Part shown: piece by piece, positions 32,506 to 43,200 of the stretch | Numbering within the stretch: position 1 is the first letter of the stretch | Layout of the letters: the number at the start of each line of letters is the position of its first letter | From: a virus | Strand: one strand, 5' to 3' | DNA: 56,778 nt | IMG/VR virus record: IMGVR_UViG_3300006188_000003 | Notes under the pieces: model-generated | Database searches by the model: none | What the model was told of the DNA's origin: nothing | Seen by the model: the letters and a program-made list of their open reading frames with translations, nothing else | Translations under genes and position numbers: made by a program

Positions 32506-35500
32506 TGTCAGTAAATGTCTTAGGCGGAAGCCTCGAATTTGATGCCATATTGACCACGGATGGCCTGGGTGCTGCAATGGCCAGCATTGAAGCGGATCTC
32601 TTGAAGATAATTGAAAGGTTTGAAAAGGTGGGCAATGTCGGTACTGCTTCACTTGACGATCTTAAAAAAAGATTTGCGGAGCTGGTGGCGCAGGAAAAGG
32701 CCCTCACCGAGGCCTCCGCCAATGCCACCGATCCGGCAAAAGTCAAAGAATACAACGACAAGATCGGGGAGACGATCGCAAAGATGAAAGATCTCTCCTC
32801 TGAGCTGAATAAGGTTCAGCAGTCCAGTTCCTCCGTCGTAATTCCCACCCAGCCTGGCGCCGCTATTCCTGTGGTGCCGGTGAATGCAGGGCAGAGGCTG
32901 GAAGAGCTGAGGGCAAAAATGGTCGAGCTGGAAAAGGAGGAGATTAGGCTCCAGACCGCTCTTGAGCGTACACTCAACCCGGAGCTGATAAGGCAATATA
33001 ACGCCGCCATCGATGTGACCATCGCAAAGATGACCGCCCTGGGTAAGGAAATACAGGCAGCCCAGGCAGCATCTCCGTCGGAATCCGTCGCATCTGCGGT
33101 ATCGCCGACTACTCCTGCAACACCCACACCCACGGAAGATCCTGTCGAGCCGATTAAGAAGCAGATACTGGCGTATCAGCAGCTGCAGAACCTGCGTAAT
33201 AAGCTCGCGTCCATGGACAAGAACGATCCCCTGTTCAAGGCTACGTTCGACGAGGCTTTACGGCTCCAAGGCAAAATAAATGAGGTTAACAGGTCCTTAC
33301 AGTTATTCAGTCGCGGAACGGCAGGCTTGCAAGCCTTGACGGGCGCAGTCAGGGGAGTGGTTGGTGGCTTTGAGGTTTGGAATGGCGTTCTGGGTATTAC
33401 TGCCGATCAGAACGATGAGGTGCAGAAGGCGGTTACCCGGGCGGTGAGCGCCATGAGTGTCCTGAATGGGATCCAAGAGGTCGTCGCACTGTTCGATAAG
33501 CAAAACGCCACCAATCTATACCTTACGAATCTTCTCCGAAAGGAGAGCGCTGTGGCGACGGAGCAGCAGGTCGTCGCAGAGGAGGCGCTGGCCGTTGCTG
33601 AAGGTGAGCAGGCAGTCGCTGCAGAGGCCGCGACGGTTGCCCAGGTGGAGCTCAATACGGCCATGGAGGCCAATCCTGCCGGTATCCTGCTGCTGGCCCT
33701 TACGGGGATCGTCGTCGCATTACAAGCCTTTGCTTCTTCGCAAAAGGATGTGACGGAACAGCAGACAAAAGCCAATGAGGCGGCTGCGGAAGGGGCTGAC
33801 ATTCTCAATAAGCTGGTGGAGCTTCAGCGGGAGGTATACGATGAGCGGGCTCGTGATGCTTCCAATGCCGTCAACCTGGCGCAGGCCCAAGGCAAGTCCG
33901 ATCAGCAGGTCCTTGACCTTAAACTTAAAGCCCTTGAGGCCCAGAAGCAGGCCAATCTTTTTGCCCTGGCTGGTCTGGGCTACAGCAAAGAAGATCTCGG
34001 TATCTTAAAAGCCTCCATTGAAAACGTGCTGGAGCGGCAGCATGCCATCAACGCTGCCCGGGATGCTGACGGAGAATTGACGAAAGAGCAGCAGAAGCAG
34101 CTCGACCTCCTGAATGCCCAGCTGAAGAATTACGAGGCGCAATATGGTCCCCTTCTGCGGCTTGTCGATGGCAATAAGCAGCTGACTACCCAGATTGCGG
34201 AGAACAGGGCCGAGAGCGACAGGAAAATCAACGAGGCGGGGTTGCGATCGTTCCAAGCAGTGGCTGACACCCAGCTGCAGATCGCCAAAAAGAATACCAA
34301 GGAAGAGCTGGACGCCAAGATCGAGGCCATCAGACGACAGGAAGCTGTCCAGCTGAACAATGCCAACCTGACGGCAGCCGAACAGGTGGATATCGCCGCG
34401 AAAGCGAACAGGCAGATTGATGACCTAAACAAGGCTTATCAGCAGACCCTTTTAAAAGATTCTGTCGATGCTGCACAGGCTAGGCTGGCCGCCACACAGA
34501 AAGGATCGGAGCAGGAGCTGGACGCCCAGATCGCCGTCATTCGGGCGACTGCCCAGGAGCAGCTGGCGGAGGATGGCTTATTGGCCGGTGCGCGGGCGAA
34601 GATCCGGGCACAGGAGACGGCCGATATCCAGGAAGTGGAGCGTAAGCGTGCCCTTCTCATCCTGGACAATCAGAAAGAATCCCTTCGGGCTCAGCTGGAC
34701 CGGGTAGAGCAAGGGTCCCAACAGGAGCTGAACCTGAAATTGCAGCTCCTGGACAACCAGGCAAAGGCGGAGATCGTGTCCGCGCAAGGAAATGCCGAAA
34801 AGATCCTGCGGATAAATGCTGACCTGGAGAAGGCACAGGCGGACCTTCGGAGGAAGTATGCCCTGGATGCCTCCCAGGTGGAGGTGGAGACAATTATCTC
34901 CGGCATCAATACAAGGTTGGCAGCCGTAGAGAAAGGCTCGGAGGAGGAGCTCACCTTAAAAAGGAAGCTGGTAGACGAGGAGGCCCGTCTGGATATACTT
35001 CAGGCGGAACAACGGATCACCAATGAACGTCAGCTATGGGCGAAGATTTTGGAGATTAACGCAGAGGCTAATGCCAGAAAAAAGCATTTAGATGATTCTT
35101 ATTATGATCACCTTCTAAAAGTGCAGTTTGATGAAATTGAAAAACAGGACAGGATTCTAAAGGCTCAAAACGACGCAGCAATAAATGATCCCCTGTCTAC
35201 ACCTGCACAGATCTATGCCAGCCAAAGATCGAATATTGAAATTGAAATTGCCAAAACGAAAAAGGAGCTCGCAGCGGTTCAGGACAGCATTACCAAGCAA
35301 CAGGGGAGTGCCAAATTTCTCGATGAGCAGATTACCGCATTAGCTGCAAAGCTGATAGCACTTAAAGGACAAGAGCGCTCGTTAGACAATGGGGAGCAGC
35401 TGAGAAAGCAGCAGCAGCTCCAGAAAAATTTTTCCGATTTCGCTGCATCTTTACAAAACCTCGCCGGAGCTGTTCAGGCAGTGGATCAGAACGCTGCCCA

Positions 35501-36650
35501 CGCAATAGATTCAGTTTCCAAATTTGCCGATTTTGCTTCCAAGGCGCTTAGTTCCTTCGCCGGCTTCTCCTCCGGCAATATTGTTGGAGGCGTTACCTCA
35601 GCGATAGGGGCCATAAGCGACCTTTTCTCTCTGATCAGCAGCAACAACAGCGGCTTAACCAAAGATCAGATCGCCGAACTTCAGAACCAGGTCATCATAG
35701 GTGAGATCGAGGTCACCCGCCAGTATGAACAGCGGCTGCTGGATCAGGCTAAGCTCAACAAGCTCAGGTTGCAGGGCATTGAAGAGGAAACGCGCCTTTT
35801 ACAGCAGCAGGCGAAAACCACCCAACAACAGTTTGACGATCTCCTTGCAAAGATCCAGCAGGAGCAGGGACAGAAATTGATCAACAACCCGGTGGGTGGC
35901 GCCATTGCTGCCCTGATTCCGCAAGTTTTAGCAAACTTCAGTCTCCAGGGCCTCACGTATGATCAGCTCAATGCTCTTTTCCTAAAGGGCGAATTGACCG
36001 ATAAAGCGAAGGGGCTTTTCGAAGAGCTGCAAAAGCTGAAAGAGGCCGGAGTCGATATCGACCGGCAGCTCGCCGATGCTAAAGACCAGATGGAGCAGAT
36101 ATTTACAGGGACAACGGCTAATGATATCGCTTCATCGATCATTGACGGATTTAAGGCCGGAAAGCGTAGCGTAGCGGATTTTGCCGATGACTTCCATGAC
36201 CTGATGCTAAATGCCATGCTGTCCGCTCTGGAATCCCAGACCCTGGCACCTGCCCTGCAGGAGTTTTACGATCAATTTGCAGCCTTCAGTCAGACTGATG
36301 GCCTATTGACGAGTGACGAGATCGAGCAGCTACAGAAGCAGTATAATGATATCCTGAAGAATGCTGCGGACAAGTTTGATCAGCTGCAGCAGATCGCCGG
36401 TGTAAACCTGAGTGGACAGGCATCAGGAGCCAATTCTTTGTCTGGCGCCATCAAGGGCATCACGGCAGACCAAGCGGAGCTGCTGGCTGGGCAGTTCGGG
36501 GGATTACGCCTCACGGCTATGGATCAGCTGAACATGGCCACCAGGCAGTTCCAGGTCCTCCAGGACATCCAGCGGGATACGTCTAACCTGCCGGAGATGA
36601 AGGACATACTTCGGTACATCAAATTAAATGGAGTCAAAATAACCAGTTAA
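32505..36650 (+). CDS. Tape measure protein
   Basis: 1381 aa, extended coiled coil with a hydrophobic/Gly-rich middle segment, after the chaperone. Confidence 0.85.
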   Translation: MSVNVLGGSLEFDAILTTDGLGAAMASIEADLLKIIERFEKVGNVGTASLDDLKKRFAELVAQEKALTEASANATDPAKVKEYNDKIGETIAKMKDLSSELNKVQQSSSSVVIPTQPGAAIPVVPVNAGQRLEELRAKMVELEKEEIRLQTALERTLNPELIRQYNAAIDVTIAKMTALGKEIQAAQAASPSESVASAVSPTTPATPTPTEDPVEPIKKQILAYQQLQNLRNKLASMDKNDPLFKATFDEALRLQGKINEVNRSLQLFSRGTAGLQALTGAVRGVVGGFEVWNGVLGITADQNDEVQKAVTRAVSAMSVLNGIQEVVALFDKQNATNLYLTNLLRKESAVATEQQVVAEEALAVAEGEQAVAAEAATVAQVELNTAMEANPAGILLLALTGIVVALQAFASSQKDVTEQQTKANEAAAEGADILNKLVELQREVYDERARDASNAVNLAQAQGKSDQQVLDLKLKALEAQKQANLFALAGLGYSKEDLGILKASIENVLERQHAINAARDADGELTKEQQKQLDLLNAQLKNYEAQYGPLLRLVDGNKQLTTQIAENRAESDRKINEAGLRSFQAVADTQLQIAKKNTKEELDAKIEAIRRQEAVQLNNANLTAAEQVDIAAKANRQIDDLNKAYQQTLLKDSVDAAQARLAATQKGSEQELDAQIAVIRATAQEQLAEDGLLAGARAKIRAQETADIQEVERKRALLILDNQKESLRAQLDRVEQGSQQELNLKLQLLDNQAKAEIVSAQGNAEKILRINADLEKAQADLRRKYALDASQVEVETIISGINTRLAAVEKGSEEELTLKRKLVDEEARLDILQAEQRITNERQLWAKILEINAEANARKKHLDDSYYDHLLKVQFDEIEKQDRILKAQNDAAINDPLSTPAQIYASQRSNIEIEIAKTKKELAAVQDSITKQQGSAKFLDEQITALAAKLIALKGQERSLDNGEQLRKQQQLQKNFSDFAASLQNLAGAVQAVDQNAAHAIDSVSKFADFASKALSSFAGFSSGNIVGGVTSAIGAISDLFSLISSNNSGLTKDQIAELQNQVIIGEIEVTRQYEQRLLDQAKLNKLRLQGIEEETRLLQQQAKTTQQQFDDLLAKIQQEQGQKLINNPVGGAIAALIPQVLANFSLQGLTYDQLNALFLKGELTDKAKGLFEELQKLKEAGVDIDRQLADAKDQMEQIFTGTTANDIASSIIDGFKAGKRSVADFADDFHDLMLNAMLSALESQTLAPALQEFYDQFAAFSQTDGLLTSDEIEQLQKQYNDILKNAADKFDQLQQIAGVNLSGQASGANSLSGAIKGITADQAELLAGQFGGLRLTAMDQLNMATRQFQVLQDIQRDTSNLPEMKDILRYIKLNGVKITS

Positions 36651-36660
36651 ACTTTTTACC

Positions 36661-37143
36661 ATGGCAGACAGATTAGGGCGCCATTTCCTCGATGGCATGG
36701 ATTTATGGACCTCTTTCGGCATTTTCGTAGAGTCAGGATCCGATGACTTCCTGAAATTCCCCGACCGCAAGGATAGTATCTCCCACGACTGGCAAGACAG
36801 CAATGGGCTGGATGTAGATCTATCCCGCGTATTCTTCCGGGATAGGGATATTACTCTCAAGATGGCCATCGTTGTGGGCAGTGAGGATGAGTTTTGGACG
36901 AAAAGAAAAGCCTTCCTGGCCCAGTGGGCCCAGCCGGGGACGCACCGGCTAACTGTGGGAGAATTCCAGCAAACCTTTTACGTGTATTATAAGGGCTGTG
37001 GGTCCTTCTCCCGATTCACCAGGATCATGAACACCACGAAGATCATGTGTAAGTTCACGATCATAGTGAGCGAGCCGGCGCCCACGTTCGATAACAACGA
37101 TGTGTTCATCGTCGATGAGGATGGCAGGTTCCTGGTGTCCTGA
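36661..37143 (+). CDS. Distal tail protein (Dit-like)
   Basis: 160 aa, immediately after the tape measure. Confidence 0.5.
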   Translation: MADRLGRHFLDGMDLWTSFGIFVESGSDDFLKFPDRKDSISHDWQDSNGLDVDLSRVFFRDRDITLKMAIVVGSEDEFWTKRKAFLAQWAQPGTHRLTVGEFQQTFYVYYKGCGSFSRFTRIMNTTKIMCKFTIIVSEPAPTFDNNDVFIVDEDGRFLVS

Positions 37144-37219
37144 TCGAGCCTATTACACAGAAACTGCCCCAGAATATTCACATAAAGTTGTAAAAAATAT
37201 TCCGCAAAAGTTGTAGACC

Positions 37220-38785
37220 ATGGATACCCTCGACATATACCGCGCCGGCAGCCTATTCGTAACCATCAAGCCGGACGACAGTTCCACCCAGACGAAAAAG
37301 GTCATGGGCGACAACACCCTACAGCTTACGTTTAAGGACTCCCGTAACATACAGTTCATGGTGAACGACTATTGTACGGTCTTCGGGGAGAAGTACCTGC
37401 TGAACAGCAGGCCGGTGGTCAAGAAGGATTCTTCCTACTATTGGGAATATTCCCTCAACATGGATGCGGACAGCCTGGAGCTGTCTAAGGCTCAGTTTCT
37501 TTTCCTGGGAGCGGACAATACGCTGAGAGAGTCGGATTTCTCACTGATGGGTACAGCCGATACCTTCATGGATCTACTGATCCAGAATGCCAATAGGGTA
37601 GGAGGCAGTTGGATAAAGGGTAATGTCGTCGGTACCGGGTACCACCACATGACATTCTCCGGTCAGAACTGTTACGAGGCGCTGGGCAAGTTGGCCACCG
37701 AATTCGATACTGAGTTCTGGATAGACGGTAGGACGGTGCATCTTTTTGACCGGGCCAGGGATACGGGCTATAGCTTCAGGCAGGGGAGAAATAAGGGGCT
37801 TTATGATATCACGCGCCTTCCCACGGATAACACCAGTATTGTTACCCGCCTGTATGCCTTTGGAGCAAATAAGAATTTGCCGGCATCTTACCGCAATTCC
37901 ACACCGCGGCTGCTGATGACCGAAGGCACCTACTACCTGGAGAAAAATGTTGACAAGTATGGCGTTATCGAGGCTACGCAGATCTTCGACGATATTTTCC
38001 CGACCCGGACGGGGAAGGTGACCGCTGTGGATGCGGCAAACGTCTTTCATTTCATTGACGCCACGATGGATTTTAACCTCAACGACTACCTGCTGCCGGG
38101 CCTCACGGCGAAAGTTACTTTCAACACCGGTCAGCTGGCCGGTTATACGTTCGAGATATCCGCCTATGACAATACCACAAAACAATTCACCATCCTGCAG
38201 AACAAGGACGAGACGGCCATTGCGGTCCCTTCTGCTGAGCTTAATCCGGGGATTGGGGATCAATACGTCCTGGTCGATATCACCCTGCCACAGATCTATA
38301 TCGACGCAGCAGAGGTGGCATTGAAAGCGAAGGCACAAGCAACGCTTGACCTCAATGCTGAACCGCAGGAGACCTATAAGATCACCTTCGACCCAGTATT
38401 CCTGAAGAAAAGGAACATTATTCCGGTCATCGGTGACCTGGTGTGGTTGTGGGACGGCGACCTGGACGTCGATCGAAAGATCCGCGTAACCGCGACGACC
38501 CGTGGCATCGTCAACGAGTGGGATCTGCAGGTGGATCTCTCCGACAAAGTAAGTCCAGGTATTATTAGCCGGATCACACAAGGGGTGGCCGACAATGCAG
38601 ATGGAATAGCTGCCGTGAACAATACTCTTCAGAACACGGCCATCCTCAACCGTCGGATCATCGGTGATCTCCGTATCGATCAGGGCACCATCATCCTTTT
38701 GACACTTCCCAGCACGGCCTCGATGGTGGGATTCACGGAGGTGGTCGTCGAAAATGCGACAGGCAGAGTATATAAGAAGATTTGA
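37220..38785 (+). CDS. Tail-associated / baseplate hub protein (Tal-like, prophage tail family)
   Basis: 521 aa. Called from position after Dit and the N-terminal pattern typical of siphovirus Tal proteins. Confidence 0.6.
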   Translation: MDTLDIYRAGSLFVTIKPDDSSTQTKKVMGDNTLQLTFKDSRNIQFMVNDYCTVFGEKYLLNSRPVVKKDSSYYWEYSLNMDADSLELSKAQFLFLGADNTLRESDFSLMGTADTFMDLLIQNANRVGGSWIKGNVVGTGYHHMTFSGQNCYEALGKLATEFDTEFWIDGRTVHLFDRARDTGYSFRQGRNKGLYDITRLPTDNTSIVTRLYAFGANKNLPASYRNSTPRLLMTEGTYYLEKNVDKYGVIEATQIFDDIFPTRTGKVTAVDAANVFHFIDATMDFNLNDYLLPGLTAKVTFNTGQLAGYTFEISAYDNTTKQFTILQNKDETAIAVPSAELNPGIGDQYVLVDITLPQIYIDAAEVALKAKAQATLDLNAEPQETYKITFDPVFLKKRNIIPVIGDLVWLWDGDLDVDRKIRVTATTRGIVNEWDLQVDLSDKVSPGIISRITQGVADNADGIAAVNNTLQNTAILNRRIIGDLRIDQGTIILLTLPSTASMVGFTEVVVENATGRVYKKI

Positions 38786-38864
38786 TTGCAACATCTCGCA
38801 TAGTTCCAACTTTAGCGCCAACAAGGGGAATGCATCTTTATAGTTTCGGCCTGTAAATAAAAGC

Positions 38865-40220
38865 ATGGCCGATCTTGTAACAGTGCGCATCCATGATTTC
38901 CTGGAGAAATCAACAGACTTCAAGCCTGATGACGAATTCCTGTTATGGGACTCCGACATCGACAAGACCCGTAAGGCCAAATTTTCAAGCCTCAGATCCT
39001 TTATACTAAGTGACGGCGGTTCAACGATCGTACCAACCCAGTCAGGCGCCACAGTTATTTACGTGGTGGGGGCCGCAGATGCCGGCGGCAAAGTCGCCAG
39101 CATTCCCTCCCTTGCTGGACAGTTTTTCTCCCTCCGCCGGGGTGGCCAACCCATGATACCAGAGACTGATCCGGAAGCAGGTCCGGACGATCCTGGCTAT
39201 GGTGAGTTTGCCATCCTGGTCGGCGGAGGGTTCAAGCTCAAGGGAGCCGACGATGAGCTATACTTAAAGGAACGCTTTGAACTGACATTGGCTTCTGCGA
39301 CCGGTGGATCCTCTGGTGGCGGCAGTGGAGGCGGTGGAGCATCCTCCTTTATCAAAGGGGTAAAGCCGATATCCACCAATTTCACCCTTACCGTAGACCA
39401 TATCAATCTACTCATCCAGATCCGGTTGGGTGCTGTGGCGGCGGCACTGACCCTGCCCGATGTCACCAGTGTGCCGGGTGCCGTTATACCAGTCGAGGCG
39501 CTAATCAACAATAACACCAGCTGCAAAATCCTGACGCAAGGCGGTCAATACATCTATTTCCGGAATACCTCCATCAACAATGCATCTACCGTCGGCCTTT
39601 ACATCCTACCCGGTGAGCAAATCTGGTTCTATGCCGGGGAGGATGGCTGGTATGTGATCAATCCGCAAGGCAACTGGGGCCAAATAGGAAGACCATACGC
39701 CGCCTTTGACGTGGGGCTAAATGAAATATCACCTATCGGGCAGATTGTCCCGCGGACCGGCCTTTATGCGCGTCTTTGGGAGTTTGCAAATTCCCTGCCT
39801 TACAGCCTGGTCGATGATGCCGTCTGGCAGACAGCCAGTGTTGACTTGGGAGGCGGCAAAATCGTTTCTCGTCCATATCGCGGCTGCTTCTCCCGGGGAA
39901 CCGCTCCGGACAACTTCAGGCTCCCTGATTTTTCGGAGATGACGATAAAGGGCCTGGCCTCTGGTCCCGACCCTCTCCGCTATTTCAACCATCCAGGTGG
40001 GTTTCAAAAAGATATGGTGGGTTCATTCACTGCAGGTATCACCGGGAAAGGCGCCGGCGTGGCAGGAGGTAATGGCGGGACTACGAATGTGGTCGGACTG
40101 ACTTCTACCGTAGCGGGTCAGGCCAACCCTTCGGTACCTGTAGGTAATCTACAGGTCGATACGGGCAATACAAAGACGACGATCGAAAATCTTGGAATGT
40201 TTTGGGTTCTAAAATTATAA
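38865..40220 (+). CDS. Tail fibre protein with Gly-rich linker and C-terminal tail-collar-like domain
   Basis: GGSSGGGSGGGGASS linker. LYARLWEFANSL...FRLPDFSEMTIKG resembles the phage tail collar motif (YxxLF...FxLPDLRG). Confidence 0.65.
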   Translation: MADLVTVRIHDFLEKSTDFKPDDEFLLWDSDIDKTRKAKFSSLRSFILSDGGSTIVPTQSGATVIYVVGAADAGGKVASIPSLAGQFFSLRRGGQPMIPETDPEAGPDDPGYGEFAILVGGGFKLKGADDELYLKERFELTLASATGGSSGGGSGGGGASSFIKGVKPISTNFTLTVDHINLLIQIRLGAVAAALTLPDVTSVPGAVIPVEALINNNTSCKILTQGGQYIYFRNTSINNASTVGLYILPGEQIWFYAGEDGWYVINPQGNWGQIGRPYAAFDVGLNEISPIGQIVPRTGLYARLWEFANSLPYSLVDDAVWQTASVDLGGGKIVSRPYRGCFSRGTAPDNFRLPDFSEMTIKGLASGPDPLRYFNHPGGFQKDMVGSFTAGITGKGAGVAGGNGGTTNVVGLTSTVAGQANPSVPVGNLQVDTGNTKTTIENLGMFWVLKL

Positions 40221-40221
40221 T

Positions 40222-43200
40222 ATGAAACCTATTCAAAAAATACTTCTCCTTTTGTCCTGCTTTATTGCCGGGAGAGCGGCAGCGCAGGCGCCTCAAAACT
40301 GGCCTACCACCAACTATACGCCTACGGCCTATGATAAAACGAAGGCCCTGCGCATACTCGTGATTCCCACAGACACATTGATGCTGAATATTGCGGACAG
40401 CGGCGCCATTGCATATAAGAATGGGAACCAGTATGTCTGGACCGGCCACCTGTGGAAATTGAGTAGCGGGGGCGGCGGGTCCGCCGATAGCGGAATTTTA
40501 GCTACTAACTTCCGAGTGGATACCGCAAAAGCGGCCATTCGTGCCTCTGTAAAAGACATCAGCGATCAATTGGGAGGTTATTTCCCCTTCCCCGCCGGCA
40601 CGTCGGCGCAGTACGTGAAGGGTGATGGCAACCTCGCTACTATGGATACTACTGTGATCCCATCGTTTTCTTTCAAAGTCAGGTCTTTGATTCGCCAGAT
40701 CGATATCACGAATGCCCTTACCTATACGCCTTTGCGGCCCCTGGATACCGCCAACCTGAAGTATCGCATCGATACAATAGGTTCAAAGAGCTTTCGGTTT
40801 GCCAACGCGACGGTGGGGACCAAATTGCTGCGGAGTATCGATGACTCCACGGCACAGGTCAAAACCATTCAGCTTACACGGGGAACGGTCACGGACCGGG
40901 ATAGTACCATCGTCCTGGATATTCCTACGGGGACTTCCAACGTGCCAGCGGTGCAGATGCGCAATGAGAAGAAGGTAAAACTGTCCCTTCCCATTCGATA
41001 TGAAGGAAACAGTATCACGGCGTCTGCCGGTGCGACAGATACGGTACATGGTTACCCGGCATTATTATATGCACAGTACGGGGTGAGTTACGTCAACACT
41101 GCTGTCAGTAATTCCTCCGTCCGCGATGTCATTTCCCGGCAATTCAGCAACGCAGCAGCCACCAAGGTGAGTACGTCTTTGTCGATAATGATGGGTACCA
41201 ACAACCTGCGCCAGGATCCCCTGGGTACCAAACAACCAGCCGTCCGTGAGGCCCTGCGCGTTATCATCGCCAACCAGTTTGTCGACAGCATCTGGGCGAT
41301 CAGTAATGCGAAGTTTACGAAGAACGGATCCTGGTCCAATTTCACGGCATCGAACCTGACATCCAAAAGCGTGGCAAAGAGCTTGGGAAACCCCATGAAG
41401 AGCTCTACAGCGGGTAATACCCTGACATTCCTATGGACAGATGACAATATGATCATCGGAACGTACGCCTGGCAGGGATACCATAACCTCGGCAGGTTCT
41501 CGGTGACTGTCGACGGGATTAATAAGGGAACGTATTCAGGACGGGACCTTTGTTCTGACCATCAGAGCAACATCGGCACGTATGACTACCGTCAGCCTAT
41601 AGTCTTTATATTCACGGGGCTGGGGGCGGGGACGCACGCTGTTACCATCACGCTACTGGACAACGCGGAGACGGACTTTGATTATGTCGCTAAGTTCATG
41701 ACTGTGGATAACTGCTCGTCAGCCCTCGTTGCCCATATTACCAAATGTACCCCGGCTGGATATGTGGCCTATGGTGATACCAATTCCAGCGATGCTGTCA
41801 CCGATACGGCCAATGCCAACATCGATACGGTGGTGAACTATTTCCGCACCCTGGGCTTTCCTGTGGCCACCGTTCCAACAGAAAATTTTCTCAATATTAC
41901 CACTTCTGGTACGGGCGACGGGCTGCATCCCGGCAACGTGGGCTATGCGCAGCTGGCCAAAGCTTGGGCCTCTGTGATCGATTTCCCGAATAGCGGCGGC
42001 GCCTCACAGCTGGCGGCGCTGACCGACGTGGCCATTTCAACGCCACAGGAAAATGATATACTCACCCGAAATGGTACTGGTAAATGGGGGAACACACCGG
42101 GGCTGGTGGCCAACCTCTCTGCCCCAGAAGATGGGGACATCCTGGTCCGGGACGCCGGAATCTTTGTTAACAGGCCGGCTCTGATCGCCAACATTACGTC
42201 TCCAGCCGATGGAGATTTGCTTATAAAATTGGGTGCTGCCTGGGTAAATAAGCCCAGTGTCAATATCGACCTGACAGGCATAGCTGTCAACGATATCCCC
42301 ATTTGGAATGGGAGCAAGTTTGTGAAGTATACGCCGACATGGGGCGGAGGCGGTGGAAGTTATACATTCCCCAATAGCGTAAGGCAGGTCGCCGGTGTAG
42401 TCGACCTGATCGGTGATAGTTCTTCGCTGGTCGATTACAGAGTCTATGCATCCCAGAATGGTGTCCGCACATGGTATAAGGCTACAAAAATGAGTCTGAC
42501 GTCTCCAACTGATGGAGACATACTCTTTTATAGAGCTTCCGACACGACGTGGGTGAATCATCCTATCACAGGAGACTTCACCATCAGCACAGCTGGAGTC
42601 GGGGCCATAGGGTCTGGAAAAGTAACCAACGGGATGCTGGCCGGTAGCATCGCCGCTTCTAAACTGGTCGGTACCGACATTACCGCAGTAGGCACTATTA
42701 CAACTGGGACCTGGAATGCGACGGCAATAAGCACAAGCAAGGGCGGAGTGCCTACCGGGGGCACGGCAGGCCAGGTCCTGACGAAGAACACGAGCTCGAA
42801 CTACGACTACGCATGGGCGCCCCCTTCATCGGGCTTTGCCGATCCTATGACAACCATCGGTGATATTATTATCCGGAATGCCAGCAATGTGACCGCCCGG
42901 CTGGCTGGAAACACATCAACGGCCCTCCAGGTCCTGTCCTCCATAGGCTCCGGATCTGCAGCCACTGCTCCAACCTGGAGAGCCATAACTAAGAGTGATC
43001 TGAACCTTGGCAACGTCGAAAATACAGCTCTATCCACCTGGCCCGGTTCAGCCAATATTGTCACTGTCGGAACAATTGCTACAGGATCATGGAATGCAAC
43101 TGCGATTCCCATCTCCAAAGGCGGCACCGGGCTCACCGCTGTATTGAATGGAATGGTGAAAGGCAATGGTATGAACTACAGCGCGGCGACAGCCGGTACG

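Noticed and set aside
37574-39052. 492-codon ORF on the minus strand spanning two tail genes and their intergenic gap
   Set aside because: It is antisense to 37220..38785 and 38865..40220, which have clear tail-protein features and fit the operon. The antisense product is Arg/Cys/Gly-rich and has no motif. Long stop-free antisense frames arise when the sense strand avoids TTA/CTA/TCA codons. I treat it as a shadow ORF, though its length is notable.
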